Of a DNA stretch of 64,000 nucleotides, positions 1 through 11,629 are shown piece by piece (the first letter of the stretch is position 1; the number at the start of each line of letters is the position of its first letter). The position numbers were made by a program, and so were the translations under genes. This DNA comes from Oculina patagonica (Eukaryota), in the NCBI RefSeq assembly GCF_052425735.1, contig NC_135770.1:21576001-21640000 (forward strand), read 5' to 3'. The notes beneath the pieces are model-generated. The model did not search any database. It saw only the letters and a program-made list of their open reading frames with translations, and was not told where the DNA came from.

Positions 1-26
1 GGGTTCCCGCTTCTGTAAATTGTCAC

Positions 27-3000
27 CTGTGGTGATTTTGAAGCACTTCAACCATTCCTTTAGCGAGACACTCCTGCTCTGATCCTCATCACACTCTTGA
101 AGGAAAGCCAACTGACACACTCTTGGACCTCGCAGTCTCCATCTTCCTTTTGCAGCTTCGTTGAAGTCAACCAAACCATTTTTGTTCTTGTCCATTCGTT
201 TAAATCCCCACTACAAGAAATAACAGCTATTTGGCACTTGTTAATACTCATGGGGCTTTATACAGGACCCCCTTACGGCACTTCATTTGGCAAAGGTATT
301 AATAGCAAAAACGTTTATTGTAGCCACGTCGCATTGCTTGTAACAGTGGTGTGTATCTACAGTGATAAAGGGCCCAACATGAGGCATCAGCCTGTATTAA
401 ATTTAATCAGGACTTAATTGATTAAAATGGATGACATCCAAAAGAGGTAGTAAAGGTGATGTCCGCTCCTGTAAATTGACTCCGATTGGATACCTGTCAG
501 CCCTAACCCCTTTAGATCGCCGTAAATTCAAACCGCTGTAAAGTACATTTCTCTGTTCAAGGGAATTCTTTGTAACAGTAGGTAAACATTCTTGAATTGT
601 TTGTCTAAAGCACTAAGTCTTTTTTTCTTATCTTTTGGTAGAATTGGTGTTCTGAAAACCTTGACCCAGCTTCCCCTCGAGAACACTTTTATTGCTTGTG
701 AAAAGGGATGAGTACGACCACTTACTTACAACTTGAGATACAATAAATCAGCATGCCCTCATTGAGAAAAAAAAACGAACAACTTTCACTCTGGCCCCGC
801 TACGCTGTCCGAGGAGAGAGATGGGAGCACAAGGTATCATTGACAAATCATATAAATTGATCTGCCAAGTTTTTGCAAATGTAGATTGAAGCGAGGGAGC
901 CTTTTCATGTAAAGAGGGGGACTTTGGGGTTTTCGGTTTTGGCCATTTTTTAGATCGGTTTTTTTGGTTTTTGCAACAAAGAACCGCGGTTTTTCGGTTT
1001 TGGTGTCTTCTTCGGTTTTCTGGTTTTCTTCTATTAGAATATGGTTTTCGGTTTCTGGCCAAAATACTAGCGGTTTTTTCGGATTTGGGTTTTGCTGTGG
1101 TTTCGGTTTTTCCAATTTGGTTTACGGTTTCTCTGAAATCATTCCTTGTAAAAAGAAAACCTGCTTTTAAGTTTAAAATGCAAGTTAGATCAGGGTAATT
1201 TAGCCTGCGTTGCACGGACTAACTAAACCCTGGTATAGTCGCGTTTCGCAGACTGACTACACCAGGGTTTAGTTAGTCTGCAACGCAGGCTAGGGTAATT
1301 TAGCATGTTATGAACAAAAATGTCAAGACTCTTTAAAAAAACTTATTTCTTTCTTCTTTCAAAATCTTGAGGTGCCAATTAAGGTTAGAGCTTCGGAATT
1401 TGGAATTTTATGTTCGGTATTGATTGAAATTCACTTCAGTTTTTCGGTTTTGCATCATTTTTTGTGCGGTTTTTCGGTTTCTTACAGGCCCCAACGCCCC
1501 GCTCTGTAATAGCCTGCATGGCCAGAGTCGCCAGATCTTACTTATCATAACAAGTCTTCTTTTAAAGTTCCGTTGTTTGATTAACCAAAATTTGTCTTCT
1601 TCGGGTCTTGCGAAGATAATCATGTTTAAAACTCGCCTTTGAAGATCCTTAGCATATTTGGTGGGGAAATTGGACAGCTCATCACTTGGGCATCCATATG
1701 CTGTTTCAATACAAAAGAAAGCAAGAGCTATACAAAAAAAGCATCCAGTCACTCGGAAAAATCGCAAGCAGTCATTGTTATCAAAGGGAATTTAGGAACT
1801 GTAAAACATGGAAAAATTTTTATGAAGCACAGTGGCGGATCCACTTTGAAGTGCCGCCCCCCCCCCCCCCCCCCCCCCCTTATTTTTTCGGAAATAGCCC
1901 ATTTTCTTTGAAGTGCCGGAATTTTCTTCGCAGAATTCAATATTCATAGTCAAGCGGGCCCCCCTTTATCTGAAGGTCTGGAACCGCCACTGAAGCGTAC
2001 CGTATGTGGATATTAAGACTTAGTTGGAACATTGAGCATTTTGCCGCGAGTAATAATCGAGCTGATAATTATTGTGCTATTTGGTTGCATAACAGTGCAA
2101 TGTTGTAAAACAGTGCTGTTTTTCCCGGCGTATCATGTCGAACGCTCGGTTTTCGAACTCGATCGAACCCAATCGAACGTAAATCGAACGATTAAATTCG
2201 ATGTTGTTCGGTCATCGAACGAAATCGAACTCACAAAAAAAACTGAAAATCGAACAAAATCGAACGTTCGATAAGTCCGATGAGGTTCGATTTAGTTCAG
2301 TCGCAGAACGATACCTAAGCGCCTTACGTCGCATCACAATATAATCTGAATTGAGCAAAATCGAATGTTCGGTTTTCCAGCTCTTGATGATCACAGGGAT
2401 TATATCTATGTCTGGATTTATCAAAACCAGGTCAAGGAAATTTTCACCTTTTTAAGCGCCAAACTCGACGATAAAAAAAAACTAAAGGGAATGTCAGTCT
2501 TTTTTTCTGTTCTCCTCTCTCTTCTCTACCTTTCAGCGCTGTCTTTATTTTTCCCCCTTTCTTGTTACGTTTTAAGGAGGCTCGATGTAGTTTTTTTAGC
2601 CGAAGGGTGGTTGTTTTGAAAATTAAAATTATCTAGGAAGCCAATGTTCGATTTTTGCCAAAATATACCATAATGATCAAATATGACCAAATTTTAATTT
2701 TTTACCCGTCACTTAGTCACAAAGGTTACCATAGCAACTATTGACGTTTTCTTTTGTTCTCAAACAAGCTTGATTTTCTCGAAATCTAGATTGACTCTTG
2801 GTGTTTATTTTTTGATATGTTAAAGTTCAGTAGATTGACTAACTGTTGACCAAATTTTAGAAAAATCTATAAGAGCGTTTTCAAGTAAATCAAGAATGAA
2901 ATTTTCAGAAAAACACCGTTTTAATATAAAATAGGCGCTTTAAAATTGTTTTGTATTATTTGAGCACAGTTACTCTCACTGAAATATAAATACTTACATC

Positions 3001-4925
3001 ATCAAATACCATTAACTGAAAGCGAAAGACTTTTTGCTTTAATTTGTTAAAATATATCGACTGCCGATTGTAGGAAATTATAAGAAAATACCAAAAACTT
3101 CATTCTTGATTTACTCTAAAACGCTCTTACAGATTTTCCTAAAATTTTGTGTACAGGTAGTCAATCTACTATACTTGAACATATCAAAAAATGAATACCA
3201 AGAGTCAATCTAGATTTCGAGAAAATCAAACTTGTTTGAGAACAAAAGAAAACGTCAATGGTTGCTATGGTAACCTTTGTGACAAAGTGGAGAGTAAAAA
3301 ATTAAAATTTGGTCATATTTGATCATTATGGTGTATTTTGGCAAAAATCGAGCATTGGCTTCCTAGATAATTTTAATTTTCAAAACAACCACCCTTAGGC
3401 TAAAAATACTACATCGAGCCTCCTTAAGCCAATTCGCGCAGTAACGTGCGCGTTCAAGAATACTGACGTCACTTTTCTTTGACCCGGTTTTCATAAATCC
3501 AGACATATATATATATGCGTTAATGGATCCAGCCATCTAAAATTATGTTTCCTTTACTTCGATATTTATTTTTAGACCCGAGTATTTAAAATTAGATCCC
3601 GCATACGATTTTAAAAATGGTTTACTTACTTCGTATTAGATTGCTCGAATATTATGTTTTGTTTCTTTAAGATCAAATAAAAGACAAAGATTATACGGTA
3701 CCGTGTCCAGTCACTTATTCCAAAACCATAAATTTTTTACTCGCTCATTAGGTTCCAATTTCTATAATTTGAATTTTAGCTACAAGTTCGATTTCCGGAC
3801 TTAGTCGAACTAAATCGAACGCTTAATTTCGATTTCGTTCGATTTTGTTCGGAAATCAAACTCACCAAAAAATAATTGTCCGATTTCATTCGATGACCGA
3901 ACAACATCGAATTTAATCGTTCGATGTCTTCCGAATTCGTTCGATTGAGTTCGATGACAAATTTGTTCGGTTTTGTTCGATTTGATACGCCGGGTGTTTT
4001 TATATTCAAGGTGACCTTTCTCATTTCTCAATTTGCACATTCATGTATTTGCGGGCACTATGTCTATCTTTAAACTGGAGCATGTGTTTCCAGAGTTTTG
4101 AGTGGCTTACCGGTCATTGGATATCACTCATTATACCATGCCCGAGAACCACGGTGGACAAAAAGCCGTCTTCCGGTCTTTATACGCAAAATAAAACTAC
4201 CAAGATTTACCGATAGTTCGTAGTTGTCTTTTACAAAGCATTTATTCCGCTCGTGCTTGTTTGAAATGAGATAATTATAGCCAATTTGGCGTTCGCAGCC
4301 CAAACAGTTTTTTAGAGGTTATATGCAATTGTAAGACCATTTTGTATTTCGTTACAGCTTGACGGCGGTTTAATAACACTGTCATATGTTATTTTTTATA
4401 GTTTTTTTACCTTTATCTCGTTTTTTCTCCGCGGGAGATGAAGCAACCTAGTAGGAAAGAAGTTCGGTTGTTACGTTTACTCGATACACAATAAGTCCAA
4501 TAAGTGTAGCAGAAAAAAGCAACAATCCACTTTTACAGACACTTTTCTATGAAAGCAGAAAACTCAAAAGGAAATCAAAGTAAGTATTGTTCTGTCTGAG
4601 TGCAAAGGGCACCAGGATCATATGCGCTGTTTTCTGACATAAAGGCGTCTTTTTAGCTACGTTTGGGAAATAATAGACAGCTTTAGCAGTAAACAATGAA
4701 AAGGACATGGAAAATACTTCAGTAATTATCCAAGACAGTTATACTGAATTCTACCGAGTGTCGAATTCTTTATGAAGTGCTTATACTTTAGATTGCTTTT
4801 CTTATTAGTAACGACAAAACATGTACATGATACTGGATAACAAAACAGAAAACCAATTATCGACTTACAGTTACTGCTAGCAACCAGGCGAGGCACAGAA
4901 TTTGAATTATTACAAAGTTTTCCAT
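27..4925 (-). CDS. SPARC-EC/CILP-like secreted protein, paralog 1 (5' part only; continues beyond the left edge; possibly defective)
   Basis: Exons 4925-4869 (MENFVIIQILCLAWLLAVT, signal peptide), 4447-4411 (37-nt microexon VASSPAEKKRDK), 1700-1546 (AYGCPSDELSNFPTKY...) and 210-27 (WGFKRMDKNKNGLVDFNEA...CQLAFLQECDEDQSRSVSLKEWLKCF). Each is the reverse-complement homolog of an exon of the 11630-20612 gene, with the same phases. The exon-3 donor reads AT instead of GT. Confidence 0.8.
915..1502. repeat. Intronic repeat rich in TTTTCGGT/AAAACCG units (hosts the 92-bp MITE)
   Basis: Many GGTTTTCGGTTTT units at 925-1130 and 1440-1480. These generate the spurious K/P/T-rich ORFs. Confidence 0.5.
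1201..1292. mobile_element. 92-bp palindromic MITE, hAT-like
   Basis: Termini TAGCCTGCGTTGCA...TGCAACGCAGGCTA, near-perfect hairpin, flanked by an 8-bp direct duplication GGGTAATT (1193-1200 and 1293-1300). Confidence 0.85.
2124..3994. mobile_element. About 1.9-kb non-autonomous DNA element with TIRs and subterminal ATCGAAC/GTTCGAT arrays
   Basis: Starts CCCGGCGTATCA and ends TGATACGCCGGG; TGTTTTT lies on both flanks; inverted TCGAAC-rich arms at 2136-2300 and 3780-3985. Confidence 0.75.
2576..3423. mobile_element. About 850-bp palindromic MITE with TTAA target site (Kolobok-like termini), nested in the previous element
   Basis: TTAA-GGAGGCTCGATGTAG...CTACATCGAGCCTCC-TTAA; inverted arms of over 300 bp. 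Purine-purine termini with a TTAA TSD fit Kolobok rather than piggyBac (CC...GG). Confidence 0.85.
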
Positions 4926-6434
4926 TGATTTCAAAGAGCTCTTCTGCCGAAGGAGCGTCAGCTTAAGCTAAGATAATACGCAAGCTTCTCGGTGAGAGGA
5001 GAGAACAATGCAATACAATACCAGGCTATGTCCTTTATGGCAAAGAAGTTTGAAATTGAGCCAAATTGATAAGCAAGCGAGCAAAACTTCTCATTAAACA
5101 AGTGTGGATTACTGACAGCATAATCTTTTATCAAAATTTTGAAAGATAATCACAATGATGACCCCACTGACCGGCTGGTCGTTGAATTAACTGAAATCAG
5201 GTCACAATAACAGCTTAAAGCTTTAGAAGAACTCTAATGAGAAACACAGAAAAGCCAAGTAGTGTTCTCATTTTGTAAGAAAAAGTCATTTGTAAAATGC
5301 TCGGAAATTTTCCTCGGATTTTATGTTGCCGTGATTTTGCCAATTAGACTGCTATAATTAAATACTCTACCCATTCCATCTTTAGAGCTTAAAATAGTTA
5401 ATGACAATAAACAGAATTACTTAAAATACAGGCAAACCCCGCGTAATTTAATTATCCCAAATTACACTCGAAATCATGTGATTACCTATACAAAATAGTG
5501 CAATGTTTCAACACGGTCCTGTTTTTCTATTCATAGTTACTTTTCTCGTTTCTCAATTTCCAAGCACTTTGTCTATCTGACCATAAATACTAAAAACGTA
5601 TGGACGACTCGCGCCTGCGGAAAAAGTTGAGTCACATTCAACTTTTTCGCCAGACGCAAGCCGTCCGTACGTTTTCTCTCTTTTATTTTACATACGCAAA
5701 CCCACTTCAGTTAAAATTAACGCCTGTTGACGTACGTGAAATTACGTAATAGCGGAAATCCACCTAAAAGCAAAATGCGTTCTGTCGTATTTCTCGAGCT
5801 ACGTCTACTACTTATTAATCCGTTTGACGATGTACCGCAACATGCCCCTATTATTTTTCAAAATAACAGTAAACAACAGACAGAGACTTATGTCCACGCG
5901 CGTCAACGTAAAAAAAAAAAAATAATAATAAACGGAGGAGCAATTGCAGTGGAAATAGAGCAATATTGAGAAAACGGGAAACGTTTACGGACGTTAAAGC
6001 TCATTTTAACGTACGTGTATCATTTTTACCTACGTATAAAATTAATACTTCAACAAAAACGCAACAGATCTAAAGGAAATCCACTTTTATCCTATCGTAG
6101 TCCGGCAAACAACCAAGCGGCGCTGTATTTATTACAAATATCCCTCCCAAACAATATAAGTTTACAATATTGTTTGGGAGGGAATCTATACGCTCGAGTA
6201 TTTTCTTCTGAATTATAATTAAATTTTATTGTCAACATTCCCCATCGTAAATGCCCATTTCTGATTTAAAAGTCATCTATTAAACGAGAAATCGCCCTTA
6301 CTTGTCGATTAACAGATGACCTGTGTAACTATTTTATTTATTTTAACTTCAAGTTTGAAAAGTTATACAAGTGAAGATGGCAAAATTTTAATCTATCGCA
6401 TCCTTGACGTTTACTAAACACGAACCAGCACCCG

Positions 6435-6510
6435 GCCATGCTCGGCAGCCATGCTCGGCCATGCTCAGCCATGCTCGACCATGCTCGGCCAAGCTCGGCC
6501 AAGCTCGACA
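6435..6510. repeat. Short tandem repeat of a ~10-bp unit GCCATGCTCG
   Basis: About 7 imperfect copies are visible. Confidence 0.85.
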
Positions 6511-7205
6511 GCCAGCTTGACGCTTGACAATGCGTTTGTCAGTTAGCGGTTGGAATGTAGGTCAACTATCTTTAAACTCTTAATAACATTGAGTAAGACC
6601 TTCATAGGTGAGGTATCAGACTGACTAGAATCTTAAAAGAAAAGACCTCAGAGGAAAAATGCGAAGTAAGTAATAAAAAAAATCAAAACAATACTCTTAA
6701 AATGTCAACCTCATACCTAAACTATAGCCTATTACTTAATGAGCTGACTAAGTGAAAAAATAACTGACAAATGCTTGCAACCCTTTTATAATTTTAATTT
6801 AAAAAACCTTAAGTTTAATTTGCTGGCAACTTGGACTATCTCATGGAAAAGGAGTGTTTCAATGACAACTTCTTATTTTATACCAATTTAATTTGCTAAA
6901 CGACTTCAAATGCAAAAAAAGAGATTTTAAAAATTAAAGTGAATTGAAAAGATAAAAAGTAAAAGCTTTGTTAATAGGTCCAAAATAATTGTTCTACTCT
7001 CTCGAGAGAGTTCTGGGGACTAAAAAGTAATTCAAGAATTCCATTCCATGATGCTGTTCAGTGTTCTTCACGCGGGTTAATTAGGCAAGGGCGCTTTTTG
7101 TGATTTTCCAACAGAACTGATCCAATATTGTGTGAGCGCTATTTGACTCTAAGAAAAATGTGACTAGTACTAGCTATAGTACAAGAAGTTATTTATCCTC
7201 TTCTT

Positions 7206-8966
7206 TTAGTCAACGTTTGAAGATGCTAACTGACTTTCTTCAACAAAAATAGGCGTCAGGTATTTCTCGTCGAAACGCGACCAAACTCTGACCAACCAGG
7301 ACTTCTCATATTGTCTCTTTTCGATTCTTTCTTGCGGAGTGCTAGCCGAAGGATCGTTAACATCAATTAAACTCAACCTGCGAGCTTTCTTTTCTTCCTC
7401 GTGCTCATCGATACCTGTTTTGATTTTCAAACACGAAAGCACAGGCATGGCCACTCCTCCAAAGACAATCACAGATACAATGACAATAATTAGGGTTGTC
7501 GTTAACATCATCTGTCGCGGGATGGATACGGTGTTCCTAACAGCTAAAGCAAAAGCGATCGCTCCACGCAATCCAGAGAAAAACATCATATGTTGAACTT
7601 TAAGTGGAATTTTTCGCGTTCTTCCCATGTTCAAAATCAGCGACAACGGGTAGATGTTCAGTGCCCGTCCAATTTGTATAGCCATGAATGACCAGCCGAT
7701 GAAACCAGCATTCCACTGATGATTTGTAAAGGCAAACACTGACAAGCCAATGTATGAAAAGATGAAGGTCTCTGCTAAGAAATTCAAAAGTTCAAACGTC
7801 TGCATGGTGCGCGTTCGTGATTCCTCGGTGAGATTTCTGTACGTGTAATGCTGTTGTGTTATTCCGCAGAAAAGCACAGCGACAATTCCAGACCAATTCG
7901 AGAGCTCAGCAGCTAGGAAGGTGCAGTAGGACATAAGAAAAAATAGCGCGGTCTCCAAAATAGGAAAGCTTCCTATTTTGGTCAACTTCGTCACCAGTGC
8001 ATTGACACACGACATACCGCATCCTATGGTGAAAGACCCGACAAAAATGGCTACAAAATCCGCAATGGCTTTCAGAAAAGAGAACAGATCAAAATCCCGC
8101 AAGTCGCTCTGATTGTACGCCAAGTAGGTTTCAATAGCTCTATACAGAACAATCGCAACGGCGTCGTTTAAAACGCTTTCTCCGAACACGAGAGCGTACA
8201 TGTCGAGATCCGCGTGAAGATCGTGAAAGATTGCCAGTACTGTCACGGGATCGGTGGCGGAGATCAACGATCCAAAGAGCAAACACTCGGCGTAGTCGAA
8301 ATTCTCCGTAACTCCAGTCCAGATGTTAAAGCCGAAGACTAGGGAACCAGTAACGAGACAGGAGATAGTCGTGCCAAAGAACGCGTATGTCAAAATAGCG
8401 CCTAAATTCCGAAAAAAGTAACGCTTCTGAAAACTGTACCCCGCGTAGAAGATGATCGGCGGAAGAAGAACATAAAAGAATATCTCCGGATTAAAAGACG
8501 ATTTTGATTCAATTTCGTTGCCTTCGTCGGTCGGAGAGGTGTGGGGCGGGAAGCGAATTCCTGTTAGGGTGTATGAGTACTCCGTTCCGTTGATATTGAC
8601 AAAAACGTTCTTCGGCGCTATGGTGATGTTTCCGCAATTTTTCAATTTCACAGCCAGCGGTTTCCTCTGTCCATGGCTGTCGGAGTACTTGATGATGGCG
8701 CCCACAACGACTCCCAGAATCATAGCAACTCCTGTCTCGTGAAAAAACTCGAATCTGCGGATCTTGAAAAGCCAGATCATCAGCACGTTAATGATTAACA
8801 AAGTAATGAGGATTAACATGCTTAAACTGTCGGTTTTGTGAGTGTTCTCCATCTCATCTTCCTTCTTGCCTTCGAGAGTGGTCGGCGTTTCGATCGCGTC
8901 AGACAAAATCACCCACAGTAAAACAACCATAGAAATGGCATGAAGGAAACTTGTTTTGATAATCAT
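7206..8966 (-). CDS. Na+/H+ exchanger, CPA1/SLC9A family, endosomal NHE6/7/9-like; single coding exon
   Basis: 586-aa uninterrupted ORF with an N-terminal signal/TM segment and many TM helices. Motifs: FFYVLLPPIIFYAGY, ISATDPVTVLAIF, VFGESVLNDAVAIVL (ND motif), FSGLRGAIAFALA, and C-terminal WSRFDEKYLTPIF (compare WYNFDHNYLKPLL in NHE6/7/9). Confidence 0.95.
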   Translation of the reverse strand: MIIKTSFLHAISMVVLLWVILSDAIETPTTLEGKKEDEMENTHKTDSLSMLILITLLIINVLMIWLFKIRRFEFFHETGVAMILGVVVGAIIKYSDSHGQRKPLAVKLKNCGNITIAPKNVFVNINGTEYSYTLTGIRFPPHTSPTDEGNEIESKSSFNPEIFFYVLLPPIIFYAGYSFQKRYFFRNLGAILTYAFFGTTISCLVTGSLVFGFNIWTGVTENFDYAECLLFGSLISATDPVTVLAIFHDLHADLDMYALVFGESVLNDAVAIVLYRAIETYLAYNQSDLRDFDLFSFLKAIADFVAIFVGSFTIGCGMSCVNALVTKLTKIGSFPILETALFFLMSYCTFLAAELSNWSGIVAVLFCGITQQHYTYRNLTEESRTRTMQTFELLNFLAETFIFSYIGLSVFAFTNHQWNAGFIGWSFMAIQIGRALNIYPLSLILNMGRTRKIPLKVQHMMFFSGLRGAIAFALAVRNTVSIPRQMMLTTTLIIVIVSVIVFGGVAMPVLSCLKIKTGIDEHEEEKKARRLSLIDVNDPSASTPQERIEKRQYEKSWLVRVWSRFDEKYLTPIFVEESQLASSNVD

Positions 8967-10237
8967 TTTGTAGGTTCTCGTCGTCTTACGGCTCCCAGCT
9001 TTGAAGACTTAAAAGTAAGTGTAAAACGGTTTCACTCACTCGTGTAAGTGACAGTAAAAAATCAATAAACAAGCGGCCCTTCCATATATCAAAGTAATGC
9101 TACGCTCTTCAAAAAGTTTTCACCGTAGAGGAACATTTCCATGTGTCGTAATCCAGTGCTATAGAGGATGTAGAAAAATTTGAGGTACGAAATGTGATGA
9201 TCTAATGGCTTTTCGCCTCAGATGTCAATAGAATTTCGAAGAAATAAACTCCCGGTCCAGCAACCTGATAAATGTTTAATGAGCTACCTGTTTTTTCGGT
9301 TGAAGTCGATTTGTCAAAAGATCAAGAAAACGGCAGGTGGATGCGTTAGGCGACGAAATGTGAAAATTAAACAATTCTGTACTAGTAAAATAATTAAAAT
9401 TGTTTTAGCTACTTTTATAACTTAAGTTTTCGCATTTTACTCGGTTTAGTAAAAAAGAAGTTTTCTTCTTCTTTCTGTGAACGAAAACGTCGTGATTACA
9501 ATTTAATTTCTCCCAAGAAATCAAAGCGACAATTGGAGTCATCAAGAGAAAATGAAATACTCTTTAGGTCATAAAATTATGACGTAAATTTCCGTGTATT
9601 TCTTTGATATATGCCGATATTTTTACTGAGGATGGAAAAAGGACATTTGCCAGAGAGAATTTTGTTTGGCTGTGTATTTGAATGATTGAAAAATTCACGT
9701 CAATCGGGTTCCAGTGTGACACATGGTGCACCTTACATAGGACCCTCATGTCATGATCACCAGGGTCCGGCGTTATGCATTTGTCGAGTTGTCTATTGTG
9801 TTTATAATACTTGTATAGAAATATATAATATTAGCACTGCTCACACATTTGCCAGAGTTTGAAATTATTCTGGTGAAAATTTATCGCTGAACTTGCAGTC
9901 ACTTGTAGACGCCGCCATCTTTAATATTAGCGGAGACCTGGGTACAAGGCTAGGGCCAATCCCTTTATCGAGATTCCAGATTTTCTTACCAAGAAAAAAA
10001 GTCATGTTACCCCATAGAATTTAAACAATTACATCGCAGGTCAATTTTATGCTTCCAAAGATGAAGCTATAGAAAAAAAGCAGTCTCAATTGCTAGTTTT
10101 GGTGTAAAATAAACTACAAAAGAGGCGCCTGAAAGTGGCAGCCAAGTGCGAAATAGTTTTAGTTTAACTAAAAATAACACGCAAACTGCCGTGATAAACA
10201 TTACGGACAAACCCATTGTTAGAAAATACTAGACCTT

Positions 10238-10281
10238 TTACTTGACGTTTCGTATGCTTCTACATACATCTTCAGAAGTAA
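10238..10281 (-). ncRNA. Minimal type I hammerhead ribozyme motif in a Penelope-like terminal repeat fragment
   Basis: Minus strand reads TTACTT-CTGAAGA-T-GTATG-TAGAAG-CATAC-GAAA-CG-TC-AAGTAA: helix I TTACTT/AAGTAA, helix II GTATG/CATAC, GUC cleavage triplet, rudimentary helix III. The surrounding 10177-10310 recurs at 59971-60100. Confidence 0.7.
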
Positions 10282-11629
10282 CCGTTAAAATGGAAGAACA
10301 ACTAAATTTAAATTAGAATAACAATAGGATTGACAGGTAATGAAAACAATAATAATAATAATAAAAACAATGAAATAACAATTTGCACATAACAAAATGT
10401 GTAAACTAGTAAAGATAATTTTTTTAAGTTTTAGTGTTGTGCAACGATCAAGTGTGCCATTATGAAGATTAAAATGGGCAGCAATAATGGAAAAATAAAA
10501 TTATACGGTGCTCGGTCCCAGTTTTCTCCAGAAAACTACCTGTAGCTTGTTCCGATAGGCTAAAAGTGGATTTCCACTGTCACGCAATTTGACATACGTT
10601 AGCAGGCGCGAATTTAGTTGACTTAACATGCGTAAAATTAAATAGAGAAAATGTATGGACAGCTTTCGTCTGCAGAAAAAGTTGAACCCATTCAACTTTT
10701 AAACATACCTTTTAAAATCCAGTTAAATTCACGCCCTTTGGCGTACGTGCAATTACGCGACAGGATTTCCACTGTCGTGTTTTTGTCCACCTACGTAAAT
10801 CGAAAATAAAAATTGTAAAAAAAATAAACGCACGAAAAATGAACGTTTACGTGCGTAAACGCTTTCGTTTACTCAACTTTTCCCCATTTCCACTGCAACT
10901 GCACTTCAATTTAAAATCTTTTTATGTTACCGTGCGTGGACAGAAACGTGACAGTGGAAATCCACCTCAAGACTAAATTGATGGCGAAAAGTTCTTTTAT
11001 CTGTTTTGTTATTTATTGTTATTTTGAATTTAATAGGGTCATGTTGCAGGTATTCTGTTTATTTTCATAATTATTATGAGCTTGGCAACTTTTATTGGCA
11101 AAATCACCGCCGCACAACAACCAGGCTGGATAATTTCCGAGCATTACAAATGACAGTTTCATCCAAAATAGATAAACTTGGAAAATATCGTTCCTAGATA
11201 TTTTTAAGTTTACCCAAATTTAATCTGTTGTAATCTTCTCCAGCTTTGTCCATCCATGCCCCTTCCTGGCTTTCCTGTGTTGTTTTGTTTGAGTTCTGTT
11301 GCAGAGTCTGTTGCAGCTTCAGAAGCTTTAAGCTGTTATTGTGACCTGATTTCAGATAATTCAATGACCAGCCGGTCAGTGGGGTCGATCACAGAAGATT
11401 TAAATTATCTTTCAGAGCTTTGATAAAAGATTATGCTGTCAGTAATCCACACCTTTTTCAACGAGAAATTCTGCCCGCTTTCTTGCCAATTTGGCCAAAT
11501 TTCAACCATCTTTTGCCATAAAAACATAGCCTGGTATTGTATTGCATTGTTTGCTTCTCTAACCGAGAAGCTTGCATGTTGTCTTAGCTAACGCTGACGC
11601 TCTTTTGGCAGAAGAGCTCCTTGATGTCA

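Noticed and set aside
748-1215. 155-aa and overlapping K/P/T-rich ORFs
   Set aside because: They are translations of an AAAACCG-rich intronic repeat.
7339-8742. Plus-strand ORFs antisense to the NHE gene
   Set aside because: They are shadow ORFs of the coding strand with no independent protein features.
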